Source: Acidimicrobiaceae bacterium
GTDB taxonomy: Bacteria; Actinomycetota; Acidimicrobiia; Acidimicrobiales; Aldehydirespiratoraceae
Assembly (NCBI GenBank): GCA_018699415.1
Contig: JABIQM010000238.1
Location: 1,719-65,718 of the forward strand
Length of the DNA stretch: 64,000 nucleotides
Direction of reading: 5' to 3'
Both the position numbers and the translations under genes were made by a program. Position 1 is the stretch's first letter; every line of letters begins with the position of its first letter. This document shows, in pieces, positions 46,855 to 56,198 of this stretch. The notes beneath the pieces were generated by a model that was not told the DNA's origin, did not search any database, and saw nothing but the letters and a program-made list of their open reading frames with translations.

Positions 46855-47634
46855 TCAGCCGGAACTAGTGTTCTCGACGACCACTCCACCCGAACCTATA
46901 TCGGATACTACCGTGGGAGCTTCGACCACAACAGCACCGTTGCCCAAGTCCGTCTCAACCATCGGAGCCCCGGCAACAACAGCGCCGTTGCCCAAGTCGG
47001 TCTCAACCATCGAAGCTGCGATACTCGGCACGCCTCGCGGTGCAGTCTCGTTCTCGGCGACGAGGACCAACACGCCAGCAGCAGTCGCTGCGATCACCAC
47101 GCCGGCCACTGGCAGTAGAAGCCTGTGACGCAAGCGCAGCTGGTCGAGTTCGATCTCGTCCTCAGACGCTATGAGTCGCTCGAGGCGAGCCTCAATATCG
47201 GTGGTGTCGAGTTCAAGAGCGGTCGACAGGACGCCGAGATCAATGTCGCGTAACCCGATTGGTGAGCCAATCGGTAGCTGACGCATCCGGTAGACCAGAG
47301 CCAGGTAGCGAGAAAGGACAGCATCTGGGCCGCTCATCTTGCCGATACTGATGTCTGATTCAGCGGCCGAAATTCGACCCTCATCGAGATCGATGATCAA
47401 TCGGCTTCGTTCAGGGACTAGGGCAGCGTCCTCTACGCCGTAGAGCCCTATCAACTCTTCGAGCAGCTTGTCATCGACAAGGCGCCGACCGTGCTCGAGA
47501 TCGTCAAGATCCACGACTGTCAGATCGCTACGAGCTCCAAGATCTTCCAAGCTGAGACCAGCGGTCTCTCGGGCTTCGCGAAGAAGGTGGCCCAACCGAA
47601 GAGGCGCTATGAGGATGCCGGCGTCACGTTCCAT
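46855..47634 (-). CDS. XRE-type helix-turn-helix protein with TM segment and repeat-containing C-terminus
   Basis: HTH region (LGHLLREARETAGLSLEDLGARS), one TM span (LLLPVAGVVIAATAAGVLVLV) and a C-terminal VETDLGNGAVV repeat. Confidence 0.7.
   Translation of the reverse strand: MERDAGILIAPLRLGHLLREARETAGLSLEDLGARSDLTVVDLDDLEHGRRLVDDKLLEELIGLYGVEDAALVPERSRLIIDLDEGRISAAESDISIGKMSGPDAVLSRYLALVYRMRQLPIGSPIGLRDIDLGVLSTALELDTTDIEARLERLIASEDEIELDQLRLRHRLLLPVAGVVIAATAAGVLVLVAENETAPRGVPSIAASMVETDLGNGAVVAGAPMVETDLGNGAVVVEAPTVVSDIGSGGVVVENTSSG
46928..47023. repeat. 48-nt tandem direct repeat (2 copies) within the XRE gene
   Basis: acaacagcaccgttgcccaagtccgtctcaaccatcgga is followed 48 nt later by acaacagcgccgttgcccaagtcggtctcaaccatcgaa. 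Together they encode two VETDLGNGAVV(A/V).AP units. Confidence 0.85.
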
Positions 47635-47650
47635 GCTCTTTTATCGGCAG

Positions 47651-48391
47651 TCAGCGACGGACCTTTAGCAGACGATCGCGCACGCCCCACCACGTCACGA
47701 GCACCAATGCTTCGATCACGATCCAGCCTGACATCTTCGACGTGCCACGGATTCGATCGACGAAAGCGATCGGAACCTCCTGGATGTTGCCGCCAGATGT
47801 CATCACCCGGTACGCCATCTCGATCTGAAACCCGTAACCCTCGGCGCGCATAGCGTGGAAGTCAACAAGAGCAAGAATACTCGAGCGGTAGGCACGGAAA
47901 CCCGAGGTGGAGTCGGCAATGTCGTTGCCAAGGACAAACCCTGCATAGCGGTTTCCCCAGCGGGACAGAGCTCGACGGTGCCAAGACCAGTCGGGAATCG
48001 ACCCGCCCGGAATATAGCGACTACCAATCGAAAGATCGGCGCCGTCGTCAACCGCCTGTAGCAGCGTTGGGAGAACCGCTGGATCGTGGGAAAGATCGGA
48101 GTCCATTTCGACCATTACGTCAAAACCGTTGATCAACCCATGCCGAAAACCTTCGCGATACGCCGAACCAAGCCCTGACTTCGATGGCCGACGCAAGACC
48201 TCTACATACCTACGCCCACCCTCGCCGCTCAGCTCCGCTCCGATCTTCTCCGCCAGATCAGCGGTGCCGTCAGGGCTCGCGTCATCGACGATCAGGACAT
48301 GGGCATCAGGTACCGCTGCATGAAGTCGATGAAGCACCTCTTCGATATTCGCTGCTTCGTCATAGGTGGGGAGAACGACAAGGATTCTCAC
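47651..48391 (-). CDS. polyprenol-phosphate mannosyltransferase (GT2, Ppm1/DPM1-like)
   Basis: VVLPTYDEAANI, IVDDASPDGT and MDSDLSHDP, which are GT2 DxD-type motifs. Confidence 0.8.
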   Translation of the reverse strand: MRILVVLPTYDEAANIEEVLHRLHAAVPDAHVLIVDDASPDGTADLAEKIGAELSGEGGRRYVEVLRRPSKSGLGSAYREGFRHGLINGFDVMVEMDSDLSHDPAVLPTLLQAVDDGADLSIGSRYIPGGSIPDWSWHRRALSRWGNRYAGFVLGNDIADSTSGFRAYRSSILALVDFHAMRAEGYGFQIEMAYRVMTSGGNIQEVPIAFVDRIRGTSKMSGWIVIEALVLVTWWGVRDRLLKVRR

Positions 48392-48458
48392 AGGTTAAGA
48401 ATTCTAGGGGCCGCGCCACCTCCGGCAGGACACCTCCGGCTGGATAGGCTCCCGAACA

Positions 48459-48752
48459 ATGTCTTCGGGTCCCTCTACTTCGCCGTCCACACCACCCACC
48501 GAGTCCGCGGCACCTCCTGTTTTGGCGCGCGTTCTTGCTCTTCTCGCCATCATTGTGGCGGGTCTCTGCGGGGGCCTGATCGGTTACGCCGTCATGGATC
48601 TTCAGTGTGAGGATGGCTGTGCTACCACCGCCGGCATTGTGGGCGTACTCAGCGCTGCTGGTGCCGCCTTCGGTGTAGCCATCGTGGCGGTACTCGCGCT
48701 GCGGGCCATGGCCGAATGGGAAACCATTCAGGCTCAAGAGGCATCCGAATGA
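48459..48752 (+). CDS. small membrane protein, hypothetical
   Basis: 97 aa with two predicted TM spans. The stop overlaps the start of the downstream inositol monophosphatase gene as ATGA. Confidence 0.5.
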   Translation: MSSGPSTSPSTPPTESAAPPVLARVLALLAIIVAGLCGGLIGYAVMDLQCEDGCATTAGIVGVLSAAGAAFGVAIVAVLALRAMAEWETIQAQEASE

Positions 48753-49534
48753 TCGACCTTGCCGAACTCATGTCGGTTGCGGACGCTGCGCTTGATCAGG
48801 TTGTCCCTCGCCTCGCGGACCCCGACGTTCGGTCAAACATCTCTGTTGCTACCAAGTCCTCGATCACTGACATGGTCACCGAGATGGACACATGGAGCGA
48901 GGCCACCATCACCGACACGATCACAGCGCTTCGACCCGCTGACGGCTTTCTCGGCGAGGAGGGCTCCTCCCGTCCATCGGAAACTGGTGTCGTCTGGGTG
49001 ATCGATCCGATTGACGGCACTACCAACTTTCTCTACGACATTCCTGGCTTTTCAATCTCGATCGCAGCTCGCGTCGACGACATCGACCTGATTGGGGCTG
49101 TCCATGACCCCATTCGCGACGAACGATTCCGAGCGGTGCAAGGCGGCGGCGCCACCCGTAACGGCCTCCCCATTCACGTCAGCACGAAAGCTGATCTAGG
49201 CACTGCCCTCATCGCCACAGGTTTCTCCTACGAGGCTAAACGTCGCCGAGCGCAAGCCCAGGCCTTGACGATCCTGCTCCCAGAGGTCCGCGACATCCGC
49301 CGCTTTGGCGGTGCTGCGCTGGATCTCTGTTCCGTGGCTTGTGGAAGGGTCGACGCCTACTACGAGCGAGGGCTCGGCACATGGGATACCGCTGCGGGTG
49401 CAGTAATCGCAGTCGAGGCGGGAGCCACGGTGCAGAACCGGCAACCACAGGGTGGGGCCTTTGTGGCTGCCGCGCCAGGCATCGCCACGGAGTTTTTCGC
49501 CTTGGTCGATGGCTCCGGTGCCAACACCGCCTGA
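48749..49534 (+). CDS. inositol monophosphatase family protein
   Basis: FLGEEG, WVIDPIDGTTNF and GGAALDLC motifs. Confidence 0.85.
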   Translation: MIDLAELMSVADAALDQVVPRLADPDVRSNISVATKSSITDMVTEMDTWSEATITDTITALRPADGFLGEEGSSRPSETGVVWVIDPIDGTTNFLYDIPGFSISIAARVDDIDLIGAVHDPIRDERFRAVQGGGATRNGLPIHVSTKADLGTALIATGFSYEAKRRRAQAQALTILLPEVRDIRRFGGAALDLCSVACGRVDAYYERGLGTWDTAAGAVIAVEAGATVQNRQPQGGAFVAAAPGIATEFFALVDGSGANTA

Positions 49535-49591
49535 CGTATTTCCCACCGCCGCGCCACGCGCGACGGCTGCGAATCTGGCAGCATCACTGTA

Positions 49592-50272
49592 ATGGGTACT
49601 CGGATTCTCACGGTGGAAGACGACGAGCGGATTCGCACCGCGGTGAAACTCGCGCTCGAAGACGAAGGCTGGGAGGTCGAAGAAGCCGACAGCGGCGAGG
49701 AAGCACTCAACGCGTTCACCCGCAAGGCAGCTGATGTTGTTTTGATCGACATCATGCTCCCTGGTATCGATGGGTTCGACGTATGCCGGTCGATTCGACG
49801 CGTCAGCGACGTTCCAATCGTGATGGTTACCGCGCGTGCCGACACCCATGACGTCGTGGCCGGTCTCGAAGCAGGGGCCGATGACTACCTCACCAAGCCC
49901 TTTGCCCCCAAGGAGCTGTCAGCCCGTATTCGTGCGCTGCTTCGCCGAGCTCGCACCTCCGAGCCAGATGCGCCACAGATGGTGTTCGGTGATCTTGAGG
50001 TCATCCCCGACGAGGGCGTGGTTCGAGTTGATGGTGACGAGGTCCACCTCACCAAGACGGAGTTCCGCTTGCTGGTCGAGCTTGCGGCCAACCCAGGCCG
50101 AGTCTTTAGCCGAGAGGTTCTCCTCGAGCGTGTCTGGGGTTATGGGTACTTCGGCGATGGTCGGCTTGTCGACGTACATATTCGTCGCCTTCGCACAAAA
50201 ATCGAGCCCGACGCCGCCAATCCCCGCTATGTCGTCACTGTGCGGGGCCTTGGTTACAAGCTTCAGACCTGA
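49592..50272 (+). CDS. mtrA: OmpR-family response regulator, MtrA-like
   Basis: Receiver domain (ILTVEDDERI, VVLIDIMLPGIDG, LTKPF) and winged helix (VHLTKTEFRLL, VRGLGYKL). Confidence 0.85.
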   Translation: MGTRILTVEDDERIRTAVKLALEDEGWEVEEADSGEEALNAFTRKAADVVLIDIMLPGIDGFDVCRSIRRVSDVPIVMVTARADTHDVVAGLEAGADDYLTKPFAPKELSARIRALLRRARTSEPDAPQMVFGDLEVIPDEGVVRVDGDEVHLTKTEFRLLVELAANPGRVFSREVLLERVWGYGYFGDGRLVDVHIRRLRTKIEPDAANPRYVVTVRGLGYKLQT

Positions 50273-50278
50273 GCCATC

Positions 50279-51694
50279 ATGCGATCCTTTTGGGCGCGAC
50301 TCGGACTCCGAGCTCGGATCACCCTGCTTTTCGCCCTAGGTGGCCTACTGCTATCTGTCACCATTGCGGTCTCCACCCTCACGATCGCTCGCCAAAATCT
50401 GGTGAACGATCGCGAAGAGCGGTCGCTTGCCGTGGTGCTGCGAAACGCAGACCGCGTTGCCGGCCGTCTGACCGATGAGACAGACCCTGAGGCGCTTACC
50501 GTGGTGTTCGATTCGCTCACGATCACCGACCGGTCTCTCCCGCTTCTGCGGTTCAACGAAAGTTGGACAGCGGGCACGCCGCTCGTGTTCAGCGAGGACA
50601 ACGTTCCTAAGGCGCTCGTCGATCAGGTCCAAGCCGGCTTCGCTGCCCGTATCCGGACACGACTCGGAGACAAGCCCGCCATCGTGACTGGCATCCCGAT
50701 GCCTGGCGTCGATGCGGCGTACTACGAGGCAGCCCTCACCAACGACGTTGAGGAGATGCTCAACACCCTCACGATCATCATGACGATTGTCGCTGCTGCT
50801 TCGACAATGCTGGCGGCATCCCTGGGATCATGGGCATCTCGGCGCACGCTCACGCCTTTGGGCAACTTCCGTGAGGCTGCGGAGTCCCTCGCCGCCGGCG
50901 AACTCGACACCCGTCTCACCCCACCGGCAGACGCCGACCTCGCCTCGCTCAGCGCGTCGTTCAACGCCATGGCCAAATCGTTAGAAGATCGCATTTCGCG
51001 TGACGGTCGTTTCGCGTCAGAGGTCAGTCACGAACTCCGGTCCCCGCTCATGACACTCAACGCCTCGATCGAAGTACTGAACAACAGCCGTGATGAGTTC
51101 TCGTCTCGCAACCAGACAGCCCTCAATCTCCTCACAGACGATGTCGACCGCTTCACCATTCTCGTCCAAGACCTCCTTGAGATCAGCCGCTACGACGTTG
51201 GCACCGCCTCTCTCGATGCCGAGCCTCTCGACGTGGTCGAATTCGTTCGCCAAGTGGTCGCCCATAGCCCCTATCCCGATGCTCAAATCGACACGCATGA
51301 CCTCAAGCACCTTGTGATCAAAGGCGATAAGCGCAGGCTCGCTCAAGTCGTGGCGAACCTCCTCGATAACGCCGCCAAATATGGTGCCGGCCAGACACTG
51401 GTGGAGCTACAGGCTCGAGCTGAGTGGATTCTGTTGGCCGTCGAAGATGAGGGACCTGGCGTTACCTCCGACGAGCGAAACATCATCTTCGATCGGTTCT
51501 CACGAGGGAGTGCGGGCGGCCGCCGAGGTGCCGGCTCGGGCTCTGGCTTGGGACTCTCTCTCGTCGCCGAGCACGTCGGCCTTCACGGTGGCCAAATTTG
51601 GGTCGAGGACCGCCGCGATGGAGGCAGCGGAGCCCGGTTTGTGGTGATGCTTCCCGTTGGGGAGCTCGACGACTTTGGGGAGGAGTACGCGTGA
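50279..51694 (+). CDS. mtrB: sensor histidine kinase, MtrB-like
   Basis: Two TM spans, HAMP domain, H-box (SHELRSPL), N-box (NLLDNAAKYG) and G-box (GSGLGLSL). Confidence 0.85.
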   Translation: MRSFWARLGLRARITLLFALGGLLLSVTIAVSTLTIARQNLVNDREERSLAVVLRNADRVAGRLTDETDPEALTVVFDSLTITDRSLPLLRFNESWTAGTPLVFSEDNVPKALVDQVQAGFAARIRTRLGDKPAIVTGIPMPGVDAAYYEAALTNDVEEMLNTLTIIMTIVAAASTMLAASLGSWASRRTLTPLGNFREAAESLAAGELDTRLTPPADADLASLSASFNAMAKSLEDRISRDGRFASEVSHELRSPLMTLNASIEVLNNSRDEFSSRNQTALNLLTDDVDRFTILVQDLLEISRYDVGTASLDAEPLDVVEFVRQVVAHSPYPDAQIDTHDLKHLVIKGDKRRLAQVVANLLDNAAKYGAGQTLVELQARAEWILLAVEDEGPGVTSDERNIIFDRFSRGSAGGRRGAGSGSGLGLSLVAEHVGLHGGQIWVEDRRDGGSGARFVVMLPVGELDDFGEEYA

Positions 51695-52374
51695 GACGCA
51701 TCGGCGCCATGCTCAGTGTGCTGCTAGCGATTCTGGCGAGTTGTGCGTTGCCCAGCGACGAGACAGCTGTGCGGATCGATCCCGAAGCGCTGGGCGACAA
51801 TCTGCGCACTGATGTTGCGAGCACCACCACAACGTCGATGCACCCCACCCCCCTCACCGCAACTCTCGAGTATTTTCTGATCGGTTCACAAGGCGAACGC
51901 CAAGTCGTGGTTGCTGTCGAACGAGACGTCGATCAGAACGCCAGCTTGTTTACGCGCCTCGCCGTTCTCTTTGGCGAAGGTATCCCGACCAACGAAGAGG
52001 CTGAGCGAGCATGGTTCAACCCGGCAACCGAGTTCACGCTCACCGCGGCCAGCCGGGACGGCACGATCATCATCATCGACATCATCGCCACCAACGAAGA
52101 TGACAGCATCGCCGACCCCCTCGACATCGATGCCGACATCCTCCGTGACACTGCGGCTCAGCTTGTGTACACGACCAGTCGATTCGACGAAATCTCCTCA
52201 GTTCGTCTGCTCTACGACGGCGACAATATTCCGGTGCCGACACAGACCGAGGAAGGAGACTCTGACGGCCTACTCAGGATCTCTGATTATCAAAACTACG
52301 ATCCCGATATCGAGATCACGACAACGACTGCTCCGGCGACGACGACCCTGGTACCGGAGGAACCGTCGGAGTGA
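51691..52374 (+). CDS. GerMN-domain lipoprotein in the lpqB position
   Basis: GTG at 51691 overlaps the mtrB stop as GTGA. There is a lipobox (LLAILASC) and one GerMN-like pattern (LFGEGIPT...AAQLVYTTSRFDEISSVRLLYDG). Length is about 227 aa. Confidence 0.65.
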   Translation: MRRIGAMLSVLLAILASCALPSDETAVRIDPEALGDNLRTDVASTTTTSMHPTPLTATLEYFLIGSQGERQVVVAVERDVDQNASLFTRLAVLFGEGIPTNEEAERAWFNPATEFTLTAASRDGTIIIIDIIATNEDDSIADPLDIDADILRDTAAQLVYTTSRFDEISSVRLLYDGDNIPVPTQTEEGDSDGLLRISDYQNYDPDIEITTTTAPATTTLVPEEPSE

Positions 52375-52382
52375 TCAACCGC

Positions 52383-53411
52383 TCAGGCGAAGAAGGTACG
52401 AGCAGTGCGGAGGAGTTCCGGACTGGTGTACTTGAGGTTGGCAGTTGCCTTCGCGAGTTCGACACGCACAACCTCACCGTTCTGGAACGCAGCCATCTTG
52501 CCAAAGTCGCCATCGGCGATTGCCTCTATCGCTGCGACTCCGAACCAGGTCGACAACACCCGATCCAGTGATGTTGGCGTACCGCCACGTTGAACATGGC
52601 CGAGGACCGTGACCCGCGTCTCGTAACCGGTGCGGGCCTCGATCTCTGCGGCAACGACATTGCAGATGCCGCCGAGACGTTTATGGCCATATTGATCGAC
52701 CTCAGGCTCCTTGATCTCGAGCGTGCCTTCTTTGGGGAGGGCTCCTTCGGCCACGACCACAATGGAAGCATAAGGCCCGCGTTCGTGGCGTCGAGTGAGC
52801 GCCTTACAAACCTCGCCGATGTCGAAGGGTTCCTCGGGCACCAGGGTGACCGTGGCCCCACCCGCGATCCCGGCCCAGGTGGCGATGTGGCCCACGTGGC
52901 GACCCATGACCTCAACGACCATGACGCGATTGTGGGACTCAGCCGTGGTGTGGAGTCGATCGATCGCATCCGTGGCGATTTGGACAGCTGTGTCGAAACC
53001 GAAGGTGCGCTCGGTGCAATCAATATCATTGTCGATCGTCTTAGGCACACCAACGAGCGCAATACCCTCCTCATAGACGCGACTCGCCGCTGACAGGGTT
53101 CCCTCGCCGCCAATCACCACGAGCGCATCAACCTCGCGCCTCTCCATTGTGGCGCGCACCCGATCCATGCCATCGGGAAACATGAAGGGTTGATATCTGC
53201 TCGTGCCGATGATCGTGCCACCACGCGGCAGAATGCCGCGGCAGTTCGCGACCGTGAGTTCCATGCTTTGGTCGTCGAGCAACCCGCTCCAGCCATCGAG
53301 AAAGCCGAGGACCTCGGCCCCGAGTTCGCGTTCAGCCTTTCGAACCACTGCACGGATCACGGCATTAAGACCAGGGCAGTCACCGCCACCGGTGAGGACA
53401 CCAACTCGCAT
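52383..53411 (-). CDS. pfkA: 6-phosphofructokinase (phosphoryl donor specificity not determinable here)
   Basis: GGGDCPGLNAVIR, IGGEGT, PKTIDNDI and VMGRHVG. Confidence 0.9.
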   Translation of the reverse strand: MRVGVLTGGGDCPGLNAVIRAVVRKAERELGAEVLGFLDGWSGLLDDQSMELTVANCRGILPRGGTIIGTSRYQPFMFPDGMDRVRATMERREVDALVVIGGEGTLSAASRVYEEGIALVGVPKTIDNDIDCTERTFGFDTAVQIATDAIDRLHTTAESHNRVMVVEVMGRHVGHIATWAGIAGGATVTLVPEEPFDIGEVCKALTRRHERGPYASIVVVAEGALPKEGTLEIKEPEVDQYGHKRLGGICNVVAAEIEARTGYETRVTVLGHVQRGGTPTSLDRVLSTWFGVAAIEAIADGDFGKMAAFQNGEVVRVELAKATANLKYTSPELLRTARTFFA

Positions 53412-53450
53412 CTCGTTGCTCCAATCGAGCCCGGTTCGAACCTACCGACC

Positions 53451-54965
53451 ATGGTTAAGTGGTTGACGATACAGTCCCGATTCGTGGGAGTTGTGATTGC
53501 TATCGACGCCGGCACGACCGGAGTACGTTCATTCGCCGTCGACGAGTCGGGGATGCCTCTAGGGTTCGCGTATCGCGAGTTCGCCCAACACTTTCCGAAA
53601 CCGGGTTGGGTTGAGCACGACGCAAACGAGATCTGGGATGCCGTTGTTGGCACCCTGGCAGAGTTGACGGCCGCCAACACTCAACCCATCGCTGCCATCG
53701 GGATCACCAACCAGCGCGAGACCGTCGTGCTGTGGGACAAGCGAACGGGCGAGCCAAGACACTCAGCCATCGTCTGGCAGGATCGTCGCACTGCTGCGCG
53801 CTGCGAAGCTCTGCAGGATGCAGGGCACCTACCACTGGTTCGAGAGACCACGGGACTTGTGCTCGATCCATATTTTTCGGGAACCAAGATCGAGTGGCTG
53901 CTCAATCAAGGCGGGGTCGAAGCCGACGAGCATCTCGCCTTTGGCACAATCGATTCCTGGCTTGTCTGGAAGCTCACCGGAGGTGCCCACCTCACCGACG
54001 CCACCAACGCCAGCCGAACCCTGATCTATGACATCAGAAACGGGTGTTGGAGCGAGGAGATCTGTTCATTGCTTGGTGTGCCGATGAGCGCTCTCCCCGA
54101 GGTTTGGCCGTCGTCGGGTCGCTTCGGTGTCACTACCGCCGGCCTTCCCATCAGCGCGGGAATACCGGTGAGCGGAATTGCCGGCGACCAACAGGCCGCA
54201 CTGTTCGGGCAGGCCTGCTTCGAACCGGGTCAAGCAAAAAATACCTACGGCACCGGCTCATTCGTCCTCATGAATGTCGGCACCAAATGCCCTGAACCCG
54301 TTGAAGGCCTACTCACGACGATTGCGTGGGATCTCGACGGCACCAACGGCATCGAGACCACCTACGCCTACGAAGGCGCGATCTTCGTCACCGGTGCAGC
54401 CATCCAGTGGTTGCGCGACGGACTCGGGCTCATCAACGATGCCTGCGAGACCGAACCGCTGGCCCGCTCTGTCGCCGACAGCGGCGGTGTCGTCTTTGTT
54501 CCTGCACTCGCCGGGCTCGGCAGTCCCTACTGGGATCCTCGGGCTCGCGGCACGATCGTTGGCCTCACCCGAGGTACTGGCCGCGCCGAAATCGCCCGAG
54601 CCACGGTTGAAGCAATGGCGTTCCAGACCCGTGATGTCGTGGGTGCTATGGCCGGTGCCAGTGGCACTGGAGTCACCGATTTACGGGTCGACGGTGGGGC
54701 GTCAGCCATGGACCTGCTGCTCCAGATCCAAGCCGACCAGCTGGATGTATCTGTACACCGATCTGCGGTAGCTGAAACCACAGCGCTGGGCGCGGCCTAT
54801 CTCGCTGGCCTCGCCGAAGGTGTCTGGGACTCCCCCGCCGAGGTCGCCGCCAACTGGGTGGCCGATGCCACGTTCACCCCGGTGAGCGACCGTCTAGTCG
54901 CGGAACGCGACTACACCCGTTGGCGGCGAGCCGTCGAGCGCAGCCGCAACTGGGATCTTGACTGA
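53451..54965 (+). CDS. glpK: glycerol kinase
   Basis: AIDAGTTGVRS, GITNQRET, WQDRRT and GDQQAALFGQ. The start is uncertain (ATG 53451 or GTG 53484). The longer ORF-track version overlaps pfk. Confidence 0.9.
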   Translation: MVKWLTIQSRFVGVVIAIDAGTTGVRSFAVDESGMPLGFAYREFAQHFPKPGWVEHDANEIWDAVVGTLAELTAANTQPIAAIGITNQRETVVLWDKRTGEPRHSAIVWQDRRTAARCEALQDAGHLPLVRETTGLVLDPYFSGTKIEWLLNQGGVEADEHLAFGTIDSWLVWKLTGGAHLTDATNASRTLIYDIRNGCWSEEICSLLGVPMSALPEVWPSSGRFGVTTAGLPISAGIPVSGIAGDQQAALFGQACFEPGQAKNTYGTGSFVLMNVGTKCPEPVEGLLTTIAWDLDGTNGIETTYAYEGAIFVTGAAIQWLRDGLGLINDACETEPLARSVADSGGVVFVPALAGLGSPYWDPRARGTIVGLTRGTGRAEIARATVEAMAFQTRDVVGAMAGASGTGVTDLRVDGGASAMDLLLQIQADQLDVSVHRSAVAETTALGAAYLAGLAEGVWDSPAEVAANWVADATFTPVSDRLVAERDYTRWRRAVERSRNWDLD

Positions 54966-55000
54966 ATCACGCGCAGCCATCGACTCCCACCGTCAGGTTG

Positions 55001-55231
55001 TCAGTGGCTCGGCGACTCACCGCCATCATCAGAGATAGTCGTACCTGCACCAAAAAGATTCTCGACGGCGCAACGACTACGGTCGATGACGGCAGCGAAT
55101 GATCCCGGGTCGTCAACCACGTCACGGGCAGCTTCGACGAACCCGGCCAGAGCTGCCACAACATCGCCTGCCGCCTGGCGGACCGCAGCCAGAGGATCAG
55201 CATCGGGATCCGATGCCGATGCCTTGGTCAT
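55001..55231 (-). CDS. hypothetical small acidic protein
   Basis: 76-aa ORF whose start overlaps the SRPBCC gene stop by 4 nt. Confidence 0.4.
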   Translation of the reverse strand: MTKASASDPDADPLAAVRQAAGDVVAALAGFVEAARDVVDDPGSFAAVIDRSRCAVENLFGAGTTISDDGGESPSH

Positions 55232-55680
55232 CTGCTCGCGCCCTCCACGAACCGGGTGAAGTCGTCAAGAGCAGTGTGCATGATGCGAGCCTCAGCTCGA
55301 CGCTTCACGAACCCGGGGAGCGGAACGGAGAGGTCAACGGCGAGTTGGTACACGACTTCGGTCGATCCAGAGTCGGAGGCAACGGGGAGAAATTCGTACT
55401 CGCCATCAAGTCGACGGGTGATGTCCCCTCGTTGCAAGCGCCATGCAAGGCGCAGTGGATTCGAGCCGTAGAAGTAACGAAGCGTGTAGGTCGTTGATCG
55501 ACCCATAGCGGCGGCACGGAACTCAACGTCGACTGCTCGGCCCTCGTCATCTCGCGAGAGGATCCGTGCCATTTTGACGTCGGAGGCCCAATCCGGGTAG
55601 CGCTCAAAATCGATCGCTGCGGCATAACACTCGTCGGGCGATGCCGCGATCGTCGTGCGCTCGGTGGCCTGATCAACCAT
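55228..55680 (-). CDS. SRPBCC (START/polyketide cyclase-like) family protein
   Basis: The pattern TTIAASPDECYAAAIDFERYPDWASDVK is typical of SRPBCC N-termini. Length is 150 aa. Confidence 0.7.
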   Translation of the reverse strand: MVDQATERTTIAASPDECYAAAIDFERYPDWASDVKMARILSRDDEGRAVDVEFRAAAMGRSTTYTLRYFYGSNPLRLAWRLQRGDITRRLDGEYEFLPVASDSGSTEVVYQLAVDLSVPLPGFVKRRAEARIMHTALDDFTRFVEGASR

Positions 55681-55754
55681 GTCGCCTCGTTCCGTGGTGG
55701 TTGCGGGAGGACCCTAACAAGTCTGATCTTAGCAACGCCGCTACCCCTGACCGC

Positions 55755-56198
55755 TCACCGTTTGGGATCGGGCTCACGCTCGGGAAACTGCCCGTGGCGG
55801 GCCGTCCATAGCCCCATCAAGCCTAGGCCAAAGATCGGTACCAGGGTGCCGAACGCCACGACAGTGAAGGGTCTGATCGAAGCGGTAGTCATCCCAACCA
55901 GGAGTTGGATCGCAGTAGCACCAAGTAGGTGCCAGCGGATGATTCGTGGCGTGCTGCCGGCACCGAAATAGAGGCCGCCGACGGCGATTGTTTGGGTGCG
56001 GCTGCGTTCAACGGCGGTGAAGAATGCCATGAGCATCGCAACTGCCCCCGCAGCGAAAAGGACGAGAGAGACGATAATCCCAGGCCACCCAAGGTCATCG
56101 GGGTCGATCGTGGCGATCACCGCAGTCACAACAAAGACGAGCGTGCCGATCCAACCAGCGCGGATCAGTTCGCCCCCAGGCTCAGGGATCACGTTCAT
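55755..56198 (-). CDS. integral membrane protein, hypothetical
   Basis: 147 aa with four hydrophobic spans. The start overlaps the glycosyltransferase stop by 4 nt. Confidence 0.55.
   Translation of the reverse strand: MNVIPEPGGELIRAGWIGTLVFVVTAVIATIDPDDLGWPGIIVSLVLFAAGAVAMLMAFFTAVERSRTQTIAVGGLYFGAGSTPRIIRWHLLGATAIQLLVGMTTASIRPFTVVAFGTLVPIFGLGLMGLWTARHGQFPEREPDPKR

Noticed and set aside
53425-53450. A tRNA-like GGTTCGAAC string in the pfk-glpK spacer.
   Set aside because: The flanks do not form a T-stem, and there is no acceptor or anticodon arm. No cloverleaf can be drawn. I found no tRNA elsewhere in the window either.
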